A stretch of DNA of 19,327 nt. It comes from Candidatus Iainarchaeum sp. (lineage in GTDB: Archaea; Iainarchaeota; Iainarchaeia; Iainarchaeales; 0-14-0-20-34-12). The stretch lies in NCBI GenBank assembly GCA_030649345.1, contig JAUSKK010000019.1, forward strand, positions 1 to 19,327, written 5' to 3'. Below, in pieces: positions 1 to 5,973 of this stretch. The notes below the pieces were generated by a model. The model did no database searches and was not told where the DNA came from. It saw only the letters and a list, made by a program, of their open reading frames with translations. The position numbers were made by a program, and so were the translations under genes. How positions within the stretch are numbered: the stretch's first letter is position 1; each line of letters opens with the position of its first letter.

Positions 1-54
1 TGGACAAACATTACGATAAATTCAAGGATATTCAAAGACTAACTGAATTGAAAC

Positions 55-1158
55 TTAAAGATGGAACAATTTCTTGATTTTGCTTAATTGATACTCTTTT
101 TGTAATTCCGAACCTTCAATAACTCCAATTAATTGTTTTTCTGAATTGACTACTGGCAATAAGTCAAATCCTTTGGTTAAAAATTTTTCCAAAATACGTT
201 CAGCAGAATCTGTTTCTAAAACAAATGGAACTGGCAAAGTTAAAGATTCCAATAAAGTGTTTTCTGAAAATTCTTTTTTAGCCAAACCCACAACTGAAAA
301 AACACCAAAGCCTTCATGAAGTTCCACCAAGCAAATATTTTTGTTGATTTCAATCATTTTCTCTAAAGCTTCCCGTAAAGTAATGGTTCCATTTAAAACA
401 AATGGATTTTTGTTAATGACTTTTTCTAAAGACAAATCATTTGCAGACTCGCGCAAAATTGCAATTTGATTTTCTTGCTGGGATCCAAAATAAATCAATA
501 CAGCAATGGCTGCCACAACCAAACCGCCGAAAAACAAGCCATAAAAAAACAACAAAAACGCAACTACAGTACTAATTCGAGTAATCACATGAGTGGCTTG
601 AGAATATCCTAATTTAATTCCCAGCAAAGCACGAAATACTCGGCCTCCATCTAAAGGCAAAGCAGGCAAAAACAAATTAAATGCACCTAAAACTAAGTTC
701 AGCCAAAATAAAGCAAACAAAGGATATTGAAAAATTGCAAACTGAATTGAATTAAAGTTTAGACCTTGGCTAAAAATATCCCGCGGAAACGGCAAAGGAA
801 AAATATGAACCAAAATCCAGAGAACTGTAATTAAAATAAAATTAAACAAAGGACCTGCAACAGCAATCAAGAATTCATGTTTTGGGTTTTCAGGCATTTC
901 ATCCGCAATGGAAACTCCGCCAATCGGCAATAAAACAATTTTTTGAACATTGGATTTTAACTGCAAGGCAACTACGGAATGACTTAATTCATGCAGTAAA
1001 ACTGAAACAAACAAAAAAACAAAAATCATTAAACTAATAAAACCATTTTGGGGAGCCAAAAACAACAAACTAACTACTAACAAAACTGCCAGTAAAACAA
1101 AACTCCAATGCAAGACTATTTCGATTCCAAAAATTTTGCCCAAAGAAAGAGAACGCAT
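55..1158 (-). CDS. Site-2 protease (peptidase M50) family zinc metalloprotease with C-terminal tandem CBS domains
   Basis: 367-aa ORF starting at ATG 1158. The polytopic N-terminal region carries HELSH (HExxH) in a hydrophobic helix and the second S2P motif LPALPLDGG. The soluble C-terminal ~130 aa has a CBS-pair-like pattern (ICLVELHEGFGVFS; LLPVVNSEKQLIGVI). Confidence 0.85.
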   Translation of the reverse strand: MRSLSLGKIFGIEIVLHWSFVLLAVLLVVSLLFLAPQNGFISLMIFVFLFVSVLLHELSHSVVALQLKSNVQKIVLLPIGGVSIADEMPENPKHEFLIAVAGPLFNFILITVLWILVHIFPLPFPRDIFSQGLNFNSIQFAIFQYPLFALFWLNLVLGAFNLFLPALPLDGGRVFRALLGIKLGYSQATHVITRISTVVAFLLFFYGLFFGGLVVAAIAVLIYFGSQQENQIAILRESANDLSLEKVINKNPFVLNGTITLREALEKMIEINKNICLVELHEGFGVFSVVGLAKKEFSENTLLESLTLPVPFVLETDSAERILEKFLTKGFDLLPVVNSEKQLIGVIEGSELQKEYQLSKIKKLFHL

Positions 1159-1290
1159 TTTAATCTACACAATTAGAATAAAAAAAGATAAAAACAAGAC
1201 AGTGATGCTAAAGCAAAGCTTAAGTTGTGTCAATGATTGAAAAAAATAAAAAGAAGGTAGTGCTTGCGCACCACCAATAGATTGTTGATT

Positions 1291-1938
1291 TTAACCCAGT
1301 AAACCGGATCCAACTAAGCCAGACAATGAACTTAATGCGGTTAACATAGTTGTGAGTAAACCGACTAAAGTTTGTGCTATGGCTAAAGTTGCAATCATGT
1401 TTAAGGCTAACCCAAAGGCACCCCAAAACAAGGTTACTCCAACTAAAACTGTAACATAGTCTATGTCAAATAATTCTTTAAATCCTCTGAAAGAAACAGC
1501 CGTTCCGACTGCAAAGAAATACAAAAGAACTAAAGTAGCTAAAAGAGCTCCTATTATTGGAATAAAGTTTAACAAAATTGCTAAAACAACTCCAACTGAG
1601 GTTAAAAACCAAGAATAAGCCAAAGGAGTTAATCCTGCTGAAAATCCTCCGGTTCCACCTAAAATTTTAAATATTTGAGTTGCAATAAATCCAGCAATAA
1701 CTCCAAAAACAATTACTGCAAAAAAAACACCAGCTGCCAAAAAAAGTGCTCCTCCAGAAACTAAACTTCCGATACCTGGAACATTGGCTAAGCCGCTAAA
1801 TAATTGGCCTAAACCCAAATATGCAGCAACTGCAAATAAAACTGCCGCAATAATTAATTCTACAAATGCTTTTCCTAAACTAGCTTCTTTTTTAGCCTCC
1901 ATTAAGGCTTCGATTGGATTGGTTAAAACGTTTAACAA
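1291..1938 (-). CDS. Polytopic Gly/Ala-rich membrane protein, Yip1-domain-like
   Basis: 215-aa ORF with about 5 hydrophobic helices after a short amphipathic N-terminus, the Yip1-like layout. The start is TTG at 1938, preceded by a canonical GGAGGTG 5 nt upstream on the minus strand. The next in-frame ATG (1902) has no SD. The family call is tentative. Confidence 0.55.
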   Translation of the reverse strand: MLNVLTNPIEALMEAKKEASLGKAFVELIIAAVLFAVAAYLGLGQLFSGLANVPGIGSLVSGGALFLAAGVFFAVIVFGVIAGFIATQIFKILGGTGGFSAGLTPLAYSWFLTSVGVVLAILLNFIPIIGALLATLVLLYFFAVGTAVSFRGFKELFDIDYVTVLVGVTLFWGAFGLALNMIATLAIAQTLVGLLTTMLTALSSLSGLVGSGLLG

Positions 1939-2071
1939 ACAAACACCTCCAAAAAATTATGTAATTGCGTTAAACAACTAGAATACATGAAAAAACCAAG
2001 TATTTAAACCAACAGTAAAAAAACAAGCAATAGTTCGTTCATTGACGATATTTTTGCATTTTTTTAAGTAA

Positions 2072-2410
2072 TTAGCAAATTTTAGATTGATTAAGTGCAT
2101 GCACGACTTTGTCAGCAATAATTCTAGCTTGGCTTTCTTGTTTTAAGTCTTTGACTAAAATTTTCCCATTCTGAAACAAACTAGTGCTAACTGAATCAAT
2201 CACTAAAAGCAAAACTACAGGCGTATTAGCTTCGACTTGAATTCCTTGCTTGTGAAAACTTTCTGCAATCTTTTCCAAAGACAAATTCATAGATTGCTTG
2301 GGCAAAAAGTCATACCCTGTTCTACTCGAACAAGGTTTGCAGGCAAAATCTTTTAATTCAACCATAACCTGGTTGGTGTGTTGTGCTATCTTCACTTTGT
2401 TCGATAGCAC
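2072..2410 (-). CDS. Hypothetical small protein with a single CxxC (CKPC), co-directional downstream of aIF5A
   Basis: 112-aa ORF. The annotated start is GTG at 2410, 33 nt after the aIF5A stop; an alternative ATG lies at 2365. I recognise no family with confidence. The C-terminal FQNGKILVKDLKQESQARIIADKV loosely recalls C-terminal tails of archaeal ThiF/MoeB-type E1-like enzymes, from memory and unverified. Confidence 0.45.
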   Translation of the reverse strand: MLSNKVKIAQHTNQVMVELKDFACKPCSSRTGYDFLPKQSMNLSLEKIAESFHKQGIQVEANTPVVLLLVIDSVSTSLFQNGKILVKDLKQESQARIIADKVVHALNQSKIC

Positions 2411-2443
2411 AGTATCACATCTTTTAATTCAAACATAAACGCA

Positions 2444-2845
2444 TTATTTTTTGCGGTTGATTTTAAACAATGGACCATATCGAACGAATTCTACTTCATC
2501 GCCAGCTTTAATGCCTGGAATATCTTTGGGATTTAATACATCCACTGTTTCATAAGATTCTTGGTCCATAATTTGAATATTCCCGCCCATGACTGCAACT
2601 ACATTGGCTGAACCTTTTTCAACAATTGGAACTTCTACATCTGCAGAAGTAGGCTTTAAGAGTACTCGTTTTTGGTTGTCAAACAAGCCAATAGTCGTCA
2701 TTCTGGCTTTGGTAGACCCGTGTTTTCCGGATTTACTTTTTTCAACTTCTTTAACTTTGCAAACATGCTCGTCAATTAAAATATAACTTCCTTCTTTTAC
2801 TTGGCCAATTTCTTTAAATTGCTTTTCTGCATCCTTTCCTGCCAT
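2444..2845 (-). CDS. eif5a: Translation initiation factor 5A (aIF5A)
   Basis: 133 aa, starting at ATG 2845 with GAGGTGG 7 nt upstream. The hypusine-loop motif SKSGKHGSTKAR (K41 in GKHG) is present, followed by a C-terminal OB-like half typical of aIF5A/eIF5A. Confidence 0.9.
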   Translation of the reverse strand: MAGKDAEKQFKEIGQVKEGSYILIDEHVCKVKEVEKSKSGKHGSTKARMTTIGLFDNQKRVLLKPTSADVEVPIVEKGSANVVAVMGGNIQIMDQESYETVDVLNPKDIPGIKAGDEVEFVRYGPLFKINRKK

Positions 2846-2902
2846 TTTGTATCCACCTCAAAAACATCAATTACAATTATTAAATAGATTAAACTATAAT
2901 AA

Positions 2903-2973
2903 TCAGAGTGTTGAACAAATAAAAACATATGGTTGAGTTCAATATATTAAATATATAGTATTCAACACTCTGA
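2903..2973. repeat. Perfect 13-bp inverted repeat (TCAGAGTGTTGAA / TTCAACACTCTGA) with a 45-nt AT-rich spacer
   Basis: Arms read directly at 2903-2915 and 2961-2973. The repeat lies in the divergent intergenic region between aIF5A and the 3135 ORF. The spacer contains its own 7-bp palindrome ATATATT-A-AATATAT (2942-2956). Confidence 0.7.
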
Positions 2974-2990
2974 AAGAGCTTTACAAAGAA

Positions 2991-3007
2991 AATATAAATC
3001 TATATAT
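2991..3007 (+). promoter_or_regulatory. TATA-like run (AATATAAATCTATATAT), candidate promoter for the 3135 transcription unit
   Basis: AT-only TATA-like stretch about 25 nt upstream of the first hairpin of the 3029-3135 array. Placement follows the archaeal TATA rule of about -26; no BRE was assessed. Confidence 0.3.
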
Positions 3008-3028
3008 CGGGTTATCGGGTGCAAATAT

Positions 3029-3135
3029 GGTTTCAAAATCAAAGACTTTGAAAACCTTAAAAAACCAGGGGGGTTTTAATGGATTTAAATTTTGCAACAA
3101 AATTTAAAAATTTAAAATCGCAGAGGCGATTTTAA
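3029..3135 (+). repeat. Array of four consecutive AT-rich hairpins/palindromes abutting the ATG at 3135
   Basis: Stems read directly: 3029-3037/3047-3056; 3057-3066/3072-3079; 3084-3094/3098-3108 (11 perfect bp); 3112-3121/3126-3135 (10 perfect bp, loop AGAG). Centres are about 27 nt apart. They share the TTAAAAYC...GRTTTTAA theme with 7786-7954. Confidence 0.7.
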
Positions 3136-3620
3136 TGGAATTTCCTTCAGGCGAAAAACTAGAAACTGGAATTTTGTTAAAAAAATTCAATTTAGAGAAA
3201 ACCTTTACTCAATTGGCCGGCAGTAAATTTTCGGGTTATTTGGCCTTAACTATAGACAATACTACTGGAATCGAAGAAGGCATTTTGTTATGGAGAGAAG
3301 GAAAAATCACAGCCGCTCAATATGAGTACGGGCAATTGAAAGTTATTAACCAAGGAGAATTGGCATTTCAAGAATGTGTAAATGCTTTGCAGGCAGAAAA
3401 AGGAATTGTGGATATTTTTCAATTAACCAAACAACAAGCAGAACTCATTATAGCCTTTAATGAAAAACTTAAAACAGAACACGAAATCAAAGACTTAAAA
3501 AAATGGCTGGCAAAATTTTCAACCAAATTTAATGAAGACAGCCAAAAAAAAGCACAAAGCACAGATAAATCCAAAATTGACATCATGAAAAAAATGGGGT
3601 TATTGGATATTGAAAAATAA
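3135..3620 (+). CDS. Hypothetical protein, possible DUF4388/PATAN-like N-terminal domain plus Lys-rich helical tail
   Basis: 161-aa ORF starting at ATG. The pattern GILLKKFNLEKTFTQL..FSGYLALT...GILLWREGKITAAQYE....GELAFQECV...GIVDIF matches my recollection of the DUF4388 signature (G.L..l.dll..l....tG.L.v....g.iyf.dG.ivhA...G..A). It lies immediately upstream of a MinD-type ATPase. The family call is unverified. Confidence 0.55.
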   Translation: MEFPSGEKLETGILLKKFNLEKTFTQLAGSKFSGYLALTIDNTTGIEEGILLWREGKITAAQYEYGQLKVINQGELAFQECVNALQAEKGIVDIFQLTKQQAELIIAFNEKLKTEHEIKDLKKWLAKFSTKFNEDSQKKAQSTDKSKIDIMKKMGLLDIEK

Positions 3621-3631
3621 TTCGGCAACCC

Positions 3632-3639
3632 TTATAAAT
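3632..3639 (+). promoter_or_regulatory. TATA box (TTATAAAT) for the MinD-like gene, implying a leaderless or near-leaderless mRNA
   Basis: It sits 23-30 nt upstream of ATG 3662, and there is no SD between it and the start. Confidence 0.4.
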
Positions 3640-3661
3640 TTGTAGTTCTTAATAAGTTACT

Positions 3662-4444
3662 ATGACTCGCGTAATTGCAATCACTTCCGGAAAAGGTGGA
3701 GTAGGGAAAACTACTTTAACTGCTAATTTAGGAATTGGTTTAGCTCTCCAAAACCAAAAAGTTTTGCTGATTGATGCAGACATTGCCATGGCGAATTTGT
3801 CTTTGCATTTAGGAATGCAAAACACCCCCATTACATTACATGATGTATTATTGGGAGAGGCCTCCATTGCAGATTGTGTTTACGACGGACCCAACAAAAT
3901 TGAAATTATTCCTTCCGGTTTAAGTATTGAAAGTTATCGAAAAATTGATCCCACTCGGCTCAAAGGAATAGTAGATTCCATTAAAGACAAATATGATTTC
4001 ATTTTAATTGATACTGCAGCAGGCATTGAACGCATTGCTTTAGCAGCCTTAAGTGCCAGCACTGAAGTACTGCTGGTAGTAGAGCCAACGTCCAGCAGTA
4101 TTGCCGATGCATTGAAAACCAAAATCAGTGCCCAAAAATTAAATTGTAAAATCATTGGAGTTATTTTAAACAAAGTATTTAATGAAAAAGGAGAAATTTC
4201 TTCGGAAAATATTAGCCGAATGCTGGAATTACCAGTATATGCCATTATTCCGTTTGATGAAATTGTACGCAGATCATTCTATGAAGAACGTGCACCCTTT
4301 ATGGCCAGCGGAAAACAAACTCCAGCCATGAATGAAGTGAACAAAATTGTTTCCAGACTTATAGGGATTCCCATTAAAGAAACCAGCACAAAGGAATCAT
4401 TTATAAAAAGATTCTTAAATAAAATATTCAAACACAAACAGTAA
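3662..4444 (+). CDS. minD: MinD/ParA-family P-loop ATPase (archaeal MinD-like) with C-terminal amphipathic helix
   Basis: 260 aa. It has the deviant Walker A SGKGGVGKTT (residues 9-18), LLIDADIAMANL and a Walker B-like FILIDTAAG. The C-terminal SFIKRFLNKIFKHKQ resembles the MinD membrane-targeting helix (E. coli ...GFLKRLFGG). Confidence 0.85.
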   Translation: MTRVIAITSGKGGVGKTTLTANLGIGLALQNQKVLLIDADIAMANLSLHLGMQNTPITLHDVLLGEASIADCVYDGPNKIEIIPSGLSIESYRKIDPTRLKGIVDSIKDKYDFILIDTAAGIERIALAALSASTEVLLVVEPTSSSIADALKTKISAQKLNCKIIGVILNKVFNEKGEISSENISRMLELPVYAIIPFDEIVRRSFYEERAPFMASGKQTPAMNEVNKIVSRLIGIPIKETSTKESFIKRFLNKIFKHKQ

Positions 4445-4470
4445 AAAATAATCTAAAAGGAGAAAACACA

Positions 4471-4710
4471 ATGCAAGATAAAAAAACAGAAATACCTGGA
4501 AGACCATTTGATGACTTAAACAAAGCAGTTGGAGAAACTGTCTTGGTGAAACTGAAAGGCGAAAAAACAGTTCGCGGAATCTTAAAAGCATTTGATGTAC
4601 ACTTAAATATTGTATTGGATCAAGCCGAAGAATTAGAAAATGGAGAAGTTAAAATCAAGCACAGCAAACTCATGGTTCGCGGCGACTCCATTATTATGAT
4701 TGCTTTGTAA
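4471..4710 (+). CDS. Sm-like archaeal protein (SmAP/LSm)
   Basis: 79 aa with AGGAG 9-13 nt upstream of the ATG. Sm1 (VLVKLKGEKTVRGILKAFDVHLNIVL) and Sm2 (KLMVRGDSIIMI) motifs are present. Confidence 0.9.
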   Translation: MQDKKTEIPGRPFDDLNKAVGETVLVKLKGEKTVRGILKAFDVHLNIVLDQAEELENGEVKIKHSKLMVRGDSIIMIAL

Positions 4711-4711
4711 A

Positions 4712-5086
4712 TTACTTTCTAGACTTTTTTGCAATATCTTGAAATTCCCACACTAATGAAAGTAAATGCAAACGTTGGGCATAATCTTTTTCTTTTCCAG
4801 CTGCTTCAGAAATAGCACGAGCTATTTTATCTAAAGCATCAAATTGAAATTTTCCTTGTTCAGCTCTGCGCAATAATTCATGCACTGCACCTAAACGCAA
4901 AGTATGATGCGCATAAGCACTTTCACCTGGAGGACTTCGAATTTGATTGATTAAACCTTGAGATGGTTCTTTGAGTTGAGCAGTGGCTAATTGGGGCACA
5001 GTTTGTTTACCTAGTTGACTTGAAGCTTGAGTGTGTACAGCGTATTTGATTTTTGTGGCACGCAAACGTCCAAGTCTTCGATTCAT
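4712..5086 (-). CDS. Hypothetical all-alpha protein (orphan)
   Basis: I prefer ATG 5086 (124 aa, MNRRLGRLRATK...) over the TTG at 5110 used in the ORF track. A TATA-like TTTAATAATT sits 23-32 nt upstream of ATG 5086, suggesting a leaderless mRNA. The protein is Gln/Ala/Leu/Arg-rich and contains an R-x4-H string (RLGAVH). No family recognised. Confidence 0.5.
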   Translation of the reverse strand: MNRRLGRLRATKIKYAVHTQASSQLGKQTVPQLATAQLKEPSQGLINQIRSPPGESAYAHHTLRLGAVHELLRRAEQGKFQFDALDKIARAISEAAGKEKDYAQRLHLLSLVWEFQDIAKKSRK

Positions 5087-5108
5087 ACAAACAAAAATAC
5101 TGAAAAAC

Positions 5109-5118
5109 AATTATTAAA
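5109..5118 (-). promoter_or_regulatory. TATA-like element (TTTAATAATT on the minus strand) for the 4712-5086 ORF
   Basis: Positioned -23 to -32 from ATG 5086, in the divergent spacer shared with tRNA-Ala. Confidence 0.35.
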
Positions 5119-5150
5119 GGTTTCAGTCCATTATTTAATATCCAACACTT

Positions 5151-5222
5151 GGGCTCGTAGCGTAATGGTATCGCGCACCCATGGCATGGGTGAGACTACG
5201 GGTTCGATTCCCGTCGAGTCCA
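5151..5222 (+). tRNA. tRNA-Ala (anticodon GGC)
   Basis: Hand-folded cloverleaf: acceptor GGGCUCG/CGAGUCC with the alanine identity pair G3:U70; D-arm GCGU-AAUGGUA-UCGC; anticodon arm CACCC-AUGGCAU-GGGUG; T-arm ACGGG-UUCGAUU-CCCGU; discriminator A. CCA is not encoded. Confidence 0.9.
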
Positions 5223-5283
5223 CTTAAAAATCAACTTACAAAAATACAGACATACTATCCATCAGTCTGTATGAGATCACATT

Positions 5284-5814
5284 ATGAGAAAATCAAATCC
5301 AAAAACAAGAAAACCTAAGAGTATTGTGAAAAAACCATTTAATCCATATCGAACCATGAAAAGAACTATTACCAAAGCAAGCTTTGCTGTTCGAAAAAGA
5401 GCAGGTCCTCAATCTAAACGAAGCCCCAATGAAAAAATGAAACGCGTCAAACATGTTTTTAGACAAAAAATGATTCAGCCATTAATTAAATATGCATTGG
5501 ATAAAAACGGAATTACGAATCTTGAAATAAGAGCTTTTTGTTATCAAAGATATCCATATGGAGAAGAAAATGAAGGACTCCAAAAAGGCCTTAGAGAACT
5601 ATTTAAAAAAATCTGCACAAAATATTCTGAAGGCCAAGCTTCACAAGTTATAAATGACTTCAACGACTTAGCGGCCAATATGACTTCACTTTTAGTGCAA
5701 CGGCCGCCAATCCATCCAAATCCTGTGACTGATTTAGCACAAGTACAAGCATGGTCAAGAAGGGTATTAAATGCAGCACAAAAGCAAATGGATAACTTGA
5801 AAAGAAAAAAATAA
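5284..5814 (+). CDS. Hypothetical protein with strongly basic N-terminal ~60 aa (orphan)
   Basis: 176-aa ORF starting at ATG. The N-terminus MRKSNPKTRKPKSIVKKPFNPYRTMKR...RKRAGPQSKRSPNEKMKRVKH is Lys/Arg-rich, followed by a helical C-terminal half. No family recognised. Confidence 0.5.
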   Translation: MRKSNPKTRKPKSIVKKPFNPYRTMKRTITKASFAVRKRAGPQSKRSPNEKMKRVKHVFRQKMIQPLIKYALDKNGITNLEIRAFCYQRYPYGEENEGLQKGLRELFKKICTKYSEGQASQVINDFNDLAANMTSLLVQRPPIHPNPVTDLAQVQAWSRRVLNAAQKQMDNLKRKK

Positions 5815-5973
5815 ACACACAAACAATTGGGTGCACACGCAAAACGCTTTAGCAAAAATACAATCGTAAACTAGAATACTGTAAAATTTAGAAAAGCCTC
5901 TGAAACTCACAGAATACAACCAGTACATGCGTGTACATAGCTTTTTAAGAATAAAAACTCTAATGTAGAAAGC

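Noticed and set aside
1220-1981. ORFs 1220-1426 (-) and 1784-1981 (+)
   Set aside because: They overlap the Yip1-like membrane protein gene in another frame or on the other strand. They have no start context or family signal.
2901-2976. C/D box sRNA: GUGUUGA near the 5' arm and CUGA at the 3' arm of the inverted repeat
   Set aside because: The C-box candidate has U where the invariant A of the tandem sheared G-A pairs (RUGAUGA) is required. No internal D'/C' boxes are present, and the 13-bp terminal stem is far longer than in archaeal C/D sRNAs.
3419-4245. Minus-strand ORFs 3419-3628, 3649-3867 and 3934-4245
   Set aside because: These are antisense shadows of the confidently assigned 3135 ORF and the MinD gene. 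Their composition is low-complexity Ser/Phe/Leu-rich and they have no start context.
5027-5227. 66-aa + strand ORF from the ORF track
   Set aside because: It overlaps the tRNA-Ala gene and the 5' end of the opposite-strand ORF. Its C-terminal half is simply the translated tRNA sequence.
4712-5814. Integrated mobile element or provirus at tRNA-Ala
   Set aside because: There is no integrase or recombinase, no direct repeat of the tRNA 3' half that I could find in the window, and only two small ORFs. I retained it only as a low-key observation about orphan genes.
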